Made by a program: the position numbers and the translations under genes. A stretch of DNA of 60,484 nt, filler included, from Sphacelaria rigidula (Eukaryota): NCBI GenBank assembly GCA_964200075.2. It is 4 parts of 4 records of this genome, joined end to end, with 100 filler letters (N's around TTAATTAATTAA, not from the genome) between each part and the next. Parts side by side here need not be neighbours in the genome. Positions count along the whole stretch, not along the records: positions 15,153 to 30,198 come from CAXNAA020001933.1; positions 30,299 to 45,342 come from CAXNAA020001934.1; 2 more parts are not named here. One strand, 5' to 3'. Numbering within the stretch: the first letter of the stretch is position 1; every line of letters starts with the position of its first letter. The notes below the pieces were generated by a model. The model had not been told where the DNA came from. It made no database searches and worked only from the letters and a program-made list of their open reading frames with translations. Below are positions 25,201 to 39,299 of this stretch, piece after piece.

Positions 25201-28200
25201 ATATGAAACGTTGCGATTCTGAGTTCATTGGTTGGCGGTATTTGGAGCCTTGAGTCTCGCCAGTAGTCGGACCCTGTGTTCATTTCTACCTGGCGTCGCG
25301 CGTCGAGTTGGAAAACCGGGCGCCACCCCCTGAAGTCTGAATGGCAACCTGCGGCACCAGATCTTTTGATGGTAGCCATATGTGTTCTCTTTCTTCTTTA
25401 TTGTACATCCCTGTTTTGCTTGTATCGCGTTTTGTGAGTTTTCATCTAGTTTTTTTTTTTTTGCTAGCCTGTGACCACGGAAGGCGTCCGCATCAGATGC
25501 CTAATACGAACGTACCGTGCAAGATATCGGAACGGTTTCAATGTCAAGACAACAACAACAATCTGCGTCAACGTCCTCGTGCGCAAGCTCATCTGCTCTC
25601 CTCGAAGATTGCGCTAGTGTCTTCGATAGACAGCCCAGTAGAGCTGAGGATTCGTGCGTAAATACTGGTTGGTACTCGATATTACTTGATTTTAGGACAA
25701 ACAGTTCTGAGAAAATTCATGGTCTGGGGCAGATGAGCAGTGGACCCAGCTCGTTCAGAACGTGTTTTGGTCCAAAATCGGCTGAAAGGCGTCGATTTGA
25801 GCCCTGGCAACGCACACTTTGCCTAGGGGATACTCTGCACCCCCCTTGCCCGATGGTTCTCGGTATGCCTTGGTCGGGGGTAGGGGTAGGGTTGGGGTTA
25901 GGATTAGCGTTAGGGTTGGCGGCATCTCCATAGTACCAACCATTCTTTACGTACAAATCCTCAGGTCGCCTCAGACAGCCAGGCCACTTCTTCACGAACA
26001 GCAAAGAAACGCCTCTGAAAACAGTTCGTTTCTCTTTCCTGTTTCCAGCGACGGTTTCTGAAACCATTTATTTATGGGCCATTTTCCGAGAGAAAATATT
26101 TCCTTGCGTGCAATTCGAGTCCTGCAGAGAGATCCGCATTTTCCACGCATTCTTCGCGACGGAAGAGTAGACTGTTCAAGATATACCACCGGAGATCAAA
26201 GTTTATCGGATATGCGCGAGGCGGGGTTTTGAGAAGGAAATCCAACATCAAGCACACTGCAGCTACTGTATATTTCATCGCCGGGTAGACAGTGCACACA
26301 GTAGTGTACATGCAGCAGGTGGAGCAGACGTACAAACAAAAGCAGCTGCTGCAGGGAACATGGAAGTCCAGCAGCGGAGAGAAAAGCTATAAGTAACTCA
26401 CCGTTTCTTCGCATATCATGAGCGGACTATGAAGCCAACAAAAAAGACGCAAAAAAACTCGTACTTAATGAACTTCAGTGGCGCTGGTCGACGCGCTTGA
26501 CTCCGTGTGCCACTGCAGACGTATAACTCACGGTCAAGAGGCACCTACCCAGCCATGCACGCCCACCTCATTCATCACGCACGTGGACTGATGAACAACA
26601 CTCCGCGTAACTTTGCCAACAAAATATCTGTACATCGACTGCAACACGTGCTGTCCACTGTCTGTACTGGGGCACACAGACAATATGGCAACATATGATC
26701 TCAGGTTTTACTACTATCGAGAGATTCCAGAAAAAGTCGAAGCAGGAAAAACACCCGAAAACATTGAGGGGTGGCGCGTAGTTGCATCCCTGTTCTTGTA
26801 TATGCAGCGACACCCTCTCGCACACAGAGACCAACACACGACGAACGCACGACAAGCCACGCGTACGTACACAGCACATTCCAAATTGCAACCCCAGGCA
26901 CCGTTCATGTCCCTCCCTGTATCTGTAAAACTCGAACGTAACCCTTGGCCCCCCGTCCTTCACACCCCCGTGAGCGCCATCCCACGACATCAAAGTTGAA
27001 TCAGGATTGCGAACAAAGCAAGGGTAACATACAGCGTCACTGTACAGAAGTACATTTCAACATGCGCGTCTGTGCCTCGCGTGTATGTCATATGTCGTCG
27101 ACCTCACCACGAAATCACCGAATGCATACCACCGACTTCTACTCTATGTAACAAAACCAAGGTTGGTTGATTCTCTGATCAGGTGTAAATTCAAAGAAGA
27201 CAAAAAGAACCAACCAAAAAATGCCACGTACCCCAACACGCATACACTTCATGCAAAAAAAAATGGGCGGAGGGTTTTGTTGGGTGATGCGGTGTGCTGC
27301 TATAATTGAGCGTACTCATTCAATGGTCCTGTACCGAGTGCTTCATACAGAAGCAAGGTATGCATGACAGAAACTCTGAAACGCAAGATGAACATGGGAG
27401 TACGTTGGATGACGCTGAAGAGCGGGTGTCCATCGCTGGCGGAGCCGGCCGTCAACATTCAGTGGAGTGAGAAACGGCTCTCTGTGAGCGTACATGACGC
27501 GAAAGGGCTCAACTCCAACAGCGTTGCGTCGAAAAATAACGCAAAACTCCCACATACAGTCTGGTGTGTGATGAGCGAATTTCAGCTTCTCGACATTCGA
27601 GCTTCGAGCTTCGAAGGGCACCAGCGCAGCGCACAAAGGAGGGGCAACATCCCCGTGTACAGTACTCTCATGTACATTTTTTCAAGGTCGTATACATACT
27701 AGACAGGAAGATCGAAAAAATAAGCGAAATAGCCGCTGCGCTCGGCGTATCTCTGGGTAGGGGGTTCGCTAATCCTGCGCCCAACGGCAAGTATGACGGA
27801 ACAACAGCAGTGGGAGGCTGTGTGCGTGTGTGGGCCTTGTACCCATGGGTGTCTCCTCGTTTCATACATTACACGATGTTAGGGGTCACTTTTATTTTCA
27901 TAGTTCAACAGCCAGGTGTGTTTCCGACCTCACCTGTGAGCTGTGAATGAACGTTGTACGCGTGTCCTCGAACAGGTTTTGTACTGAAGTGTATGTACCG
28001 TATGATCGAACAAGTACAATAGGCAGTTGAAGTGGGGTGGGAAAAAAAGTTTTGATCCTTCAGCGCGGCACGATAACTCTCCCGCTTCGTCGTCGCCTTT
28101 GCAGAGGACCCCACCGTGAGCTATGTAGATACTTCATGCACTCACTTGCGGGGTACAGTGACTTAGCAGAGCTTTCGAAACGTGAGCATGGACAGATAGC

Positions 28201-28793
28201 ATAAACTCGTGTCCATGAGCCTATTGAACTGCATCATCAGTACTTGTTGGTACAGCTGTGTGCTCAGGATTCGCCATCATAAGCATGACATACTGCACGA
28301 AGTTCGCCCTCGTAAAACTCGCGGCAAATCGTCTTTGTACCGTGGTGTAACTCGGATGAAAACGACGAGACCGTTCACCTTTAGATGAGTTAACCTACTC
28401 GGACATGGGGAAATATCGAACACAGCCAGACAGGGCGGCATCTAACAAGCACTCGAGTCGTTGTATCGAGCCCAAACCAAACAGCATGAACCAGGGTAGA
28501 TGCATGGCCAATCTTCATGTACAGGGCTCTGTCGTTTTGCTGTGTAACCAATCCTGGTCCTATTTTGTTTTGACCTCAAAGAATATCACGATACTCACAG
28601 TAGCGAACGACCCACGCCCCAAGGGGGTAGCCTCCACAGAGTATCTCTGCGCCCACACAGACGAGCTCCCCGGTGGCCCATGCTGGAGTACATGGCCCGC
28701 ACGTCCCGATGTGCCCCCATGACCTCGGCCATGTTCAACAGCAGCAGTAGCATTTGTAGCAACAGCAGTAGCAACAGGTTGTGCCTCCGACAT
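17239..28793 (-). CDS. ATG1: ATG1/ULK-family Ser/Thr kinase, 6 coding exons: 28793-28599, 22912-22780, 22539-22289, 21805-21700, 21282-21197, 21039-17239 (~1523 aa)
   Basis: Hand-spliced with GT..AG introns and consistent phases (0,1,0,1,0). Kinase motifs occur in order: [13 protein letters not shown], alphaC Glu (AEISIL), [48 protein letters not shown] long low-complexity linker follows, then a C-terminal helical region ([13 protein letters not shown]) resembling the ATG1 tandem-MIT domain. The start codon at 28793 is less certain. Confidence 0.88.
21197..21282 (-). CDS. ATG1: ATG1 exon 5 ([29 protein letters not shown])
   Basis: Kinase subdomain IX; CAG acceptor, GTGAGC donor. Confidence 0.9.
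21700..21805 (-). CDS. ATG1: ATG1 exon 4 ([35 protein letters not shown])
   Basis: DFG and APE motifs; TAG acceptor, GTGAGT donor. Confidence 0.92.
22229..22285 (+). repeat. (AC)n microsatellite at the 5' end of ATG1 intron 3
   Basis: Direct inspection. Confidence 0.95.
22289..22539 (-). CDS. ATG1: ATG1 exon 3 (PNVVCLLD...[11 protein letters not shown]...ILK)
   Basis: CAG acceptor, GT donor running into a (GT)n microsatellite; catalytic loop. Confidence 0.92.
22780..22912 (-). CDS. ATG1: ATG1 exon 2 ([44 protein letters not shown])
   Basis: TAG acceptor, GTGAGT donor, VAIK motif; this frame is not in the ORF track. Confidence 0.9.
24052..24458. mobile_element. Degenerate palindromic MITE in ATG1 intron 1
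   Basis: ~190-bp imperfect arms (tgtgtgaaaacttc...gggctagg...ggaatgact / agtcattcc...cctagccc...gaagttttcgacaca). Confidence 0.65.
28599..28793 (-). CDS. ATG1: ATG1 exon 1 (MSEAQPV...[17 protein letters not shown])
   Basis: Gly-rich loop, followed by a GTGAGT donor at 28598. Confidence 0.8.
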
Positions 28794-29892
28794 CGATCGC
28801 AAAAACGGACTACACCCAGCAGGCCCTTGATATAATATTTTTGCTTGATGCTTGTAGACAGACACACCACACGAGCAGGGGTTGTGAGGCTTCTCTCTGA
28901 ATCTCCCTGTCTTTCTGTCCCCTTCGCTCCGCCTTCTGATCTAACAGCCCTCTTCGTCAATCAGCACACTGTGTAGGCTGTCCTGTGTTCTAATAACATG
29001 GGGGCGTTTTGGCTCACTGTTTGCTGGCAAGAAGCCAGCATACAAAAAACAGTACGAGACTACAGTAAACTCGAGTGTTTTCGCTCTGTGTCGCCCTTGC
29101 AATTAGGGCCCTTCCTTGTTGATGTTGCGTCTCAGACGAGGCCTTCACAATGCGTAGGTAGGGCAGGGGAGATAACTGCTTCACCACCTCCCAACACGAA
29201 GGTTGTGTGCTACCACCCACACGGGTCCAGCTTTTCGGGAAGTCTACCCCCCAGCCCTCTCCGTGAGCTCGGGTCGCGCTCGCCGCCAGAGGTCGTTGAT
29301 GCTCTTCCTGGAAGAAATGGGGTGTATGATCGACGCTGTAAAAAAAAGTACTGGGAAAAGCGGGCTCCTACCATGAAGTGTAGAGCGCTTCAATACAGTG
29401 CAAAGGAAGGACTATACCTCCCCTCTCCTAAATTTTACTGTATGAGAAGCTGGTGCTGGAAAGCCAAGGAGGTTGGCGCGTATTTCCTCGCGGTGTGTGA
29501 ACGTCGTGCTTGTGACCAAGCGGTGACTTGGCTCCGAGTTTTGTTTTTGTACACGTATAAATCAGGGTGGTATACCTTTTTCCCACTTTAGACCAGTCAC
29601 GGGTACAGATTGAAGTTATGGAAGAACCAACAATATGATATCAGGGAATTGGAACCAGGCGGAACGTTCTAGATCTTGGGTTATGTTGCTCTCCATGACT
29701 ACGCGAGATCGCTACTACTGGCTGGGAAGCTATTCGATGTGCACGACAGTTGACGTAGAGAGTGGCGATTGCATTACAGATGTGATCATTGCTGACAGGC
29801 GTTCGACTGTGTTCTTTTGCCTTTTCTCATACCTCCCCGTTTCTCTCCAGCATGTGGTATATAACACTTGTTCCACAGAGAAAAGAATGGAA

Positions 29893-29897
29893 GTAGC

Positions 29898-29971
<74 letters not shown>

Positions 29972-30007
29972 CAGTAGTAGCAGTAGTAGTAGCAGCAGCA
30001 GTAGTAG
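29893..30007 (+). repeat. Compound microsatellite (TAG)n/(CAG)n
   Basis: Direct inspection. Confidence 0.95.
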
Positions 30008-30198
30008 AGGTAAATGTCCCAATTAAGGTACGCTCAAGGCACCTGACGAGAAAAACTTTGGTTGGTGGAAATCACGACTCGTAGAACAATGCCCAGAGTA
30101 TCTCGAGATATTTATTTAATCCTTCATCATCATCGGCCGCTTCCTATAATAGACAAAAATTAAAACCCAGAAAAATGTCTTTTTGGAGCTTTTACGTC

Positions 30199-30298
30199 NN
30201 NNNNNNNNNNNNNNNNNNNNNNNNNNNNNNNNNNNNNNNNNNTTAATTAATTAANNNNNNNNNNNNNNNNNNNNNNNNNNNNNNNNNNNNNNNNNNNN
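30199..30298. other. Artificial contig-joining spacer
   Basis: Same 100-bp structure. Confidence 0.97.
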
Positions 30299-30985
30299 GG
30301 ACGTGCCTCTGTGCGCTGAAAAACATGTCGTTGAAAAAACAGGGCAGTGTTCCCGTCACCGCTACTCCTGTTCTCTGTCACACACATGCCAGCAAGGACG
30401 GTGCTGCGGCAATAACAGATAGATCCAATTTGAATTTAGGGGGTGTTATTCATCGTTGATTTTCGCCGACCTCCCCCAACGGGGTGGCCGAGTAGAAGGG
30501 CTTGCCACACGCCAGTTGAGGGTGGTGTATAAGAGATCATAGAGAACTTTTTGACATGCGGAGTGAAAAACGATACCTATGGTGGTGACCTAACTGTTAC
30601 TAGCGTGGCGCATAGGAGTCCGCCCATGCCGCAACCTGCAGCACACGCTGGCCGCGTGAACAGCTCGGTACAGTAGTACGAGTAGCTTCCCATAGGTAAT
30701 AATTATTCCGATGTTAGGAAGTCATGAGTTATTGCAAGTTGGGAGGATAGACGAGAGTGCTCTACGATCAACCGCGTGTCGTTGCATTCGAGACCCATCG
30801 CCAACAACCGCCGACAGCAAGGGTCTTGTGGCTTTCACGCGACGCTGTCGGCACTACGGCAGGCAAACCGGATCATTGGTACCTTTTCTTGCTCTACCGC
30901 GCGTCCTCCCGGCTGCGCAGAGGTCGTCACGGTAACAACATGCACCGAAGTCGCAACATCTATGAAAGCTAGAGAGTTTGACATA

Positions 30986-31358
30986 CATGAAGTTCATCCA
31001 CAAAATAAAAACGGTTCTCAAAACCTGAGGCAGGACGGCTTCCCTGTCCCCGAGCCAGGCATCGATGAACGAGGGAAGACTTTTACAGGCGGGTACAACA
31101 CACATGGGGGCCCGGAGAAGTTTCTTTCCATCAAGATCTGTGTTTTCCGAGCTGCAAAGTGTTCCACACGCATTGTTTTCTAATACGAACGATAACTTGT
31201 CGATTTCTGTTCCGTTGTTCAAGCCCTGCCTGATGCTGATCCCGGAAAAGTTTCGTACTGCTGTTCGATGGTTTCTTCGGATGTTTAACTGGACCAGAAG
31301 CGGCCACCTCCTCTCCGGTTTTGAGAACCGTTTTCATTTTGTGGATGAACTTCCGAAG
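30986..31358. mobile_element. MITE with ~40-bp TIRs, probable TA TSD
   Basis: gaagttcatccacaaaataaaaacggttctcaaaacc / ggttttgagaaccgttttcattttgtggatgaacttc. Confidence 0.7.
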
Positions 31359-34300
31359 TACGGGTACGGGTAAAATCCAGATAAATACCACGGGTAAACA
31401 AAAAAAAATGCCCTGCAGCACATAACCTTCTCGTGAGTTTTGGCGCGCTACCCTGTCAGCACCCCAGAGCTCCACAATGTTCGCCGTACTGCGATATCCT
31501 CAGAACCCTAGTTAGGGCTCTCTCTGCAAATATGTCGCCTAATTTTTTCTACTTTCCCCGGTTCCAGCGCGTAAATCACTGACAGCACGCGTGAATCACA
31601 AGTTGTCAAGATCGCCACGCACACATCCTCCTGCCCTCGAACCCCACCCGACTGAGGATGGTCGTTTCGGGGTGTAAGCTAACCAAACTCGAAACCAAAC
31701 GGCGGCACAGTAACCAACGCGTGGCAGAGATTGACATGACCTACAGACCATAGTCTCTGTTTTGTATCAATGGTGATGCAACATGCAGTCTACGCATTGG
31801 GCCATGGCGACAGTTTTGACCCCAGGCTCAACACTGCAGCTGCGGAGTTTTGCCCTGTACTAAGATTCAGACCAAAGCTCGCAGCTGCAGAGTGTTACCT
31901 GAAGTTGGGAGACTGTCACGGAAAGCACGTTGACGGAGATGATACACGTGTGAGTTAGTACCAGATTCGGCGGACTGGAGCTACTTACTGTAGCGGCCGA
32001 CACGGGCTGGGACGGCTGCACCCTCCCCGCGAGACCAAATTCCGTGGTAAGTACCGTGTTCGATAAGCCAAGAAAAGTGGGAACAGAAACCGTTTGTTTC
32101 GATATCTGGTGCGTCTATCAGGTGACCACGGCTGGATCGCAGCGGAACAGTTCATGTGCGAAAATCACTCACTGAATCTGACTCAATCCATCGCATGATC
32201 AATTGCGCGGAGTTAGTTAATAATATCACATAGTCACGTTGCGTACATTATGTTGTGTTGGATAAACATCTGCGCTTACGTTGAAGAAAAGGGAAGTACA
32301 GTGCTAAAATACTATATCAGTTCTTCTGCTTGTAGGGGCCATGTTTGCTCAAACAAGCGAAGAGTTCATAACGGTTGATGGCACGTCCGGTTTGCCCATC
32401 ACAAACAACAACACGAAAATATCGCGGCGGGATGTTTTTTCAACCGGCACATTTCCCGCCGCTGTGCCACTAGCGTCTTGCTCTCGTGCTTCATGTTCAC
32501 CACCTACCACTGTGAGGAAAATACGGTGAGGTACAAGTGAGACAAGTCGAGACGGATACTTAGGAAACAAAAACCGTGCTTGGTTTTCTCTTCGATTGAT
32601 TTTGCTTCATCTCATATGGTTTGCAGCTGCAAAAAAAACGTTCAGCGTGCCGTGTAGTTTGGAAAATATGAGCTGACAGACGGAGGCGTGTGGTCGACGT
32701 TGCGACAATTAATTATAGTTGCGCACGTTTGTAGTAGCTTCTATTTTCGAATTCAAGTGGGTGAATCGTCTCGACCACCACCTTGTGCTGACCTACATGT
32801 ATATCCCCTGCTAGCAAGGTATGCTTTTTGTTTGCAAAAAGTTCGATTAGTACGGCGCTGCACTGGTTTACTCGTAGCTGGAATCTGTACGGTATTAAGT
32901 ATGAAGAGGGGTGTTCTCGCCGGCAAACGCCTGATTTGTAGACTGTTTCATGTACTGCGGAACGTGGAAATAAAATAATGCCCCATCCTACTATCTCCTC
33001 AAGTACTTCCCGCACCTGCACATGATAATAGGGACTGTGGTACACTGTCCTGTATCGCACTGTAGACACCAACACACGATGCTCGTATTTGCAATATTAG
33101 CTGGTTGCATTACACCGAAGTCCCGTCGATCGTGAAGTGTCAAAATTCAAGTGACACTTCGTACTGCTCAAGTGAAATCTGCTGCGCATAAACCTTTCTA
33201 GTAGCATTTTTACCAAAGTTCACTGGCAGGCAGGACTACGCACGTAGTTTTTGGAAAAATGAACGACCGGCTGATAGAATGACACTCGAAAGCTAACTTG
33301 CACCACTGCACGCGAGCAAGGCGTTCACTTTTTGCATTTTCTTTTGGCTTTATTCGGCGGTATGCGAAAAATCCAACCAAATAATACATACCGCTTACAG
33401 TAGACACCAGACACTTGCAGCATTTCAAGTTAATTCCTGACGTACCATTTTTCGTCAGCCGGCCGTATACCTTGAATTAATGGGGGAACATACCGCTAAA
33501 AGTTGACGCCCGGCTCGTACGGTATTGCGAATGATCTTTTGAGGATCATCCTGTCGGTCGTTAATTTACCTTTTGATTTCCATGACCCATTTCGTCAGTC
33601 TCATATTGCTGTATACTACTCGTTGGGACTGGTCGACACCGACACGGCCGCATGTACTGGCCTCATGGGTTGTGCACCTCGACTGCAGTAGTATCCGTTC
33701 AGAGCACATGCCAAAACAAGTAACTTCATAGTTCTCATTCGCTATACCTGCAAGCGGTGGAGTTCGGAGATTAGATCTCATGAGGTGTCACGTACCGAAC
33801 TTCATTGGCCTAGATACATTCGTTGAGAACGCTCCCTATATTGTCCGTTCCCGTGACCAGGCTGAAATCACGCGTTCATCGCACCCGTGAATCGACAATC
33901 TCACGCCGGAGCAGAGCTGTTCACAAAATACTCACTTTTCCAGATCACGAGTGCGCGAGTACAATGGTGCCATCAAATCCCGAAAAGTCTAAAACGGTGA
34001 AGGATTTTCTCCGTTGCATGCTGCGGGCGTGGTACGACTACGTGAAGGAAGAAACCAACAGTTTGAGTACTTTTGTTACGGAGTTTACTGAGCCAGTCTT
34101 GGAGACCGAGGTATGCCACTGAACACATGCGTTTCCTTGTTGATCGCGTCGACTGCTTGTAGCGGTGCGAACTCACATTGCTTCAGGAAGCGTCTGAATA
34201 AAGACAGAAGTGCAGTTTGGCTTTCGAATATCGGATGTCCTGTTTCACGGATTGGTGTAACCCTTTCTGAAATTCCAAGCGGGAGCTGCTGTGACCATGT

Positions 34301-37300
34301 GCCGCACGGCTGCTGCTGTTTCCCTTACACCATAGAATGCTGTCACCCGCTCCCGTCTGTTCTCCAGGAACAGCAGTCGGAGCTGATGGTATCCACCATG
34401 TTTAACTGCTGGAAAAGGGGAGCTCTGCACCCGGTCGCGCGCGCAAGACGGCAACGAAGCAATTCAAACGCCCCATGGGTCCAGCGTATGATCGCGCCGA
34501 TAAAGCCACGAGGTTGGAGCGATATGTACCCACTATCCGAAGACAGACAGCCGCAGTTTCTGAGCATACGTCGAAATAAGAAGGATGACCACGTCATTGG
34601 GCCCAGGTCAGTCGATATTTTTGGGGTGTTTATGTTCCGCGTGGTCAGTACCATGAGAAAGAACTGGGTGTCGAAAGCTGTGTTCACGGGTGGTTGCGCT
34701 TTCCAGAGGAACCCCGCAGCGAGTTACCTACCTTGACACAAACGAAGCCAGACCCGCACTAGGTCACTTGAATAAAATGACCCTACATATCCACGGCGTC
34801 CTTGAACAGCGACAGCTCACGTGACGTTGCCATCACCCAGCCTGTGGACGCTTTCAGGGCACGGATAACATCACGGATGCATGAGGTAATCAAAGGCGGC
34901 GATCCTCCTCGAATTTTTCGCATGTCGCATGCCACCTCGGTAGGTATTTGAGGATACACACCATGCCTCCGGAGTGTATCCGGTACGGCAGAAATGCAGT
35001 TGCACCTCTAGCGTCTACCGCGGCGAAGTCTTCAACCACGGGCGGTCCCCATTCCTCAAGATGGGGTAATGGTGGCGGGGTGATCAACAGCAGCTCTGCC
35101 CCGAAAACCACAACGACCAGCCAGTGTCGTCGTTTGATGCTTGGCGGTCGAAGGTGCGGTCATCGATATCGTCGACGACGACAAAGATGGGGCGATGGAG
35201 CAGGTAGCGGGAATGGTCAGCACACCGATGATGACTACTTCGCTGAAGATTACGAGGAACACAGCAGTAGTGACCCCCAACAGGCAGGCTGGGCGACTCG
35301 AGGCTGGGAGAAGCTTGACGAGGATAATGGCGGTTGCCCGTTGACATGGGACGAGATGGAACCTTGGGAGCAGAGGAACGCCTGCTGGGTGATACAGGGT
35401 GACGGCGATTCAGGCGTGGCAAATTTACGCGATCCGGAGTTGGTGGGTGCAATAGAGACGCCGATGAAGCGCGGTATATACGGTGTGTAAGTGCTATTCG
35501 CCCGCTCCTGTCAGCAATTTTTTTCCTTCGTACGACCGATCATCCCGTTACTTTTGACGTTGCTCGTACACGGTGAATTCGCGGCTTTGAACAAGCGCGC
35601 AAGACCGTGAATTTTCTACCCATACCGTAGCTGGTATATCTCACAGAACATCCCGCATCTGTCACCACGCCTTGTACTATCGGGCAACAAGATTGTGCAA
35701 ATTTCGTTGTACGAAATTTATGATGAGCGGGAGTTTCCCACGGTCTCTTCCCACGTGTTCTCCTGTGTGGACGGTCGACAGTTGCGCCACTCACACCGTC
35801 TATTACGTTTTGGTAGCGATATGTGTGATTTTGCGTTTCCATTAGAGTCCATTGTTCATTACTGCGGGCACGAGGATAAAGTTTCGAAAACAAATATTGG
35901 AAAAGCGTGGGGAAGTCGGAGGGGCAGGTACATATTTCTGTTCGTCGATGACCCCTTTTCCCCCCAAAACAACGGATTTCCCCCCCATGATACTGCCACG
36001 TAATGATCACCCCGTCCGAATTCAGGTCATGCGCGAGGTGGAAAGCCATCTAGAGCGCTATGAAGAATTGGAAGAGCGACATCGGCAGGCCTTAGCGCTT
36101 TGCAAGAAAAACAGTGCAAACCGTCTCTTTTCAGCGGGCCCTGGACATTTTGGTGATCAAGGAAGCAATAATCAATACAAGGCCCACTCCAGCAGTCATC
36201 CTCGCTCAAGCACTCCTACTAGAACAAGAACTGTGGGCGGCGCGAGGAGATCGGAAATCCTTGCGGGTGCCGACAATGTTCCCTCCAGCGGCAAACGTCG
36301 CGGGCATAATGGCAGATGTAGAAGGTTCTCGTCGAGTCGGTTCAGCGGAAAAGAGGATCATTTTTATCAGGAAAGGGCGATGGCAATTGCTCGAGACGTT
36401 ATATTTGGTCAACGTCCACCACTGAGTAAGGCGTCGGTTTGTGAGGATCACTGGTTTTGACCAGGTGATCATACTCTGTCGAAGGTAACTGACTGCAGTT
36501 TGGTTCTTTTTCTTCAAGTGGAATTCTGTATTGACATCCACAAAAAAATTTACGAAATACTCGAGTGCAGGTCCCGTCACCAACAGTACTGTCATTTGAT
36601 GAGCTGTACACCGTGTAAGATCCTCAAGAGAGGTCTCACAGGTTGACGGCCATGCTTACATCACCAGACGGTAACTAGATGATCAAGCTCTCAGGGGCAT
36701 TTCAACTCACCTGCTGCAGGTCGACCCTCGGAAACCCAACAGTCACAGCGCCCAGTAGGCAGGGTGTGGGGTACGCGGGCGGAGGAACTGCGATGGCACC
36801 ACTCTTTGTTCTGTACTTGTACGATATTCTCTTGTGCGTTTGAAGATAGTGTACCCTTTTGTGTGTATGTTCGGTGGTACACGGTGTTATTACCTACCCC
36901 CCTTGAATGTACCTACCCACAAACCCGAAATGTTGCCTTGTGCAGTCTACTTGGGACTTTTTCAGCTCTAACTTTCCCTCCCTGGGCTTTGAGGAATGCT
37001 TGGCGAAATCCTGTCGCAGCTGTAGGTGAAGAAGAGACACTACCACAGCACTACACAAGATCTATCCCAGGTATCATTTTGCACAACTGATCAATGGGCT
37101 CTGTCTCTTTCCCTTTTTTTCGATTCCTCTTTCGCTGTCACAAAACCCATCTCATACTCGCTGTTTGAGCGAGCTCCGATGCAACCCATCGTATCATAAA
37201 ATTTTCTTCGTATGCCTTCGTGAATGAATACGCAAGGACCCCGCACTCGTTGCCCTTAGCGCGGGACCCAAAGCGACGTGCTGTATCATAGAACATGTTT

Positions 37301-37346
37301 CCAACAAGTTCACATCCCACTGAACGGTACGTACAACATCCAAACA

Positions 37347-37786
37347 ACAGCCGATTGTGGAAAATGAGGATGGAGCTTTCTATTGAGGATGAAAACCCGG
37401 AGGATTAAAATCTTCGCATCCACACAAAATCTTTGAAATATGGTTCAATTCCTTCACCTACTGGTAGCTATTGCCAAGTACTACACGCCATACAAATTTG
37501 GATTTCGATAACCGAATGTCGGGGTCCTGTTTGTAAAACCCTTTTCGGGAAAATCCGGCGATCCGATCGGATGACCTAAATTCCCTCAATGTTTTCTTCA
37601 TCTAGGACCCCAACATTTCGGTGATCGAAATCCAAACTTGTAGGACGTGTAGCAGTTGTCAATAGCTACCAGTAGGTGAAGGAATGGAACCATATTTCAA
37701 AGATTTGGTGTGAAAACAAAGATTTTAACCCTCCGGGTTCTCCTCCTCCATGAAAAGCTCCATCCTCAATTTCGATTATCGGCTGT
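37347..37786. mobile_element. Palindromic MITE with the same body as 42283-42723 but different termini
   Basis: acagccgat ... atcggctgt ends; shared body gaggatgga...ttaaaatcttcg...ttcacctactg. Confidence 0.75.
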
Positions 37787-39299
37787 GAAATAGGCATTCA
37801 GAAATCCCACTGAGCGGTAGGGTTTCACGCTGCAAATTCTTCACTTTTTCGAGTGTGATTTTGACGTGCCATGACCATATACCCATCCATATTTCGTAAT
37901 ATCCATGGTGTCAAAAGGTGATGAATTCTCGACAGCGGACACTCGTGCATTTTTCTCCTTCTTTATGTGTGTGTCAACGTGAGTCTATCCGTGCGTCCTT
38001 TGACAAGAAGTAAATAGAGGTAACCCTTTTCACCGGCTAGATATCAGTTTCTTTTCCATCTTCCCCCTGCACATGGTTTTTGCGTGTGTTGGATCGCGAC
38101 GCCAAAATCCGCAAAAAACATGTCACCCGCGATCGCGAGACTCTGCTTGCTCCATCGCTCACCAGTTTTATCGCCCTATCACGCGGACCGCTACGAACAG
38201 TAAACGAGTCATGCAGAAGGTGAGAATGTTTGTCTTCCTCCCTGACCACTTCATACACAATTCGTTTTTTCCCCACTTTCCAGTAGCCAAGTCGACAAAC
38301 CTCGTACAATGAACAATATCCAAACGTTTCTTGATTGAATGATTGATTGATGGATTGATTGTCGCACTTTTATTTCAATGTTTTGATGCGACGTAATGTG
38401 CGACGATCACTCTGCCCAAAGAGGGTCCTCTTTCGTCTACTGGTATCCGAAAAATGAGGTACGGCAGCGCCGTGGAACGGGAAAAAACGAGTATTGCATA
38501 AGCATGCTTGCGTAAAAATCCGGCGGTGGTCGTGCCTGCATGTTACCTGGCCATTCCACCACTACTGTAGTTTCAGACGGCCACCTAATGGCATTAGCTT
38601 TCATCACCTTAAATACAACACACGAATCGCACAAGCAAACAAGATGGCGGTACTGCACACGCACCATGGAGGCAACTCAACTCCGTCGCCAGTACACGAT
38701 ATCCCCCCGTTGTGTTCTTCATCAAGACCTCTACAAAAGAAGGGCAAGGTTGGGTCCACCCCGCCTGCATACGGCCTACTCTACCCGCCCAAACCTTAGT
38801 CCAAGTCCTGCGCGCGTTACGCGGCAAGCTCGATTTTCGCTCGCATTTTCGATTTTGGGATGTCACACTCGAGGGTTCAATAATCGTGCGATCGTTTGTG
38901 CAACCCTACCTGGTCACCCATCACCCTACCTAGCAGGTACCAGCCTACCCAACGACGGACTTGACCACTCTCCAATCGCCGCGAGCGAAAACCCGCTCTG
39001 CTTCGTTGACCCGAATGTACGGGGGCTCCTGGATCGAGTATTCGGAACGATCGCTGCATGGATACCTCTTCGCTCTCAGAACAGCGTCGTTGCCCAGCAG
39101 CAGTCGTCCCCCGAGAGAGAAAAATACTGCAAACACTGGATATTACATGAAGAGACGCACTTGGGGTACCAGGCAGCTGCTGAAACAAATCACACGTATA
39201 TACACAAAGAGCGCCTTATGTGCGGTTTTGCGAGGAGTGGTTTGTAGATCGTGAAGCATGGTTCTGCATGATGCGATACCGCCATCTCCTCCACGGTGT

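Noticed and set aside
28998..29591. 197-aa ORF divergent from ATG1
   Set aside because: No domain similarity or splice structure seen; likely promoter-region chance ORF.
38540..39247. 235-aa plus-strand ORF
   Set aside because: No recognisable motif; it lies antisense to the probable CTL 3' UTR.
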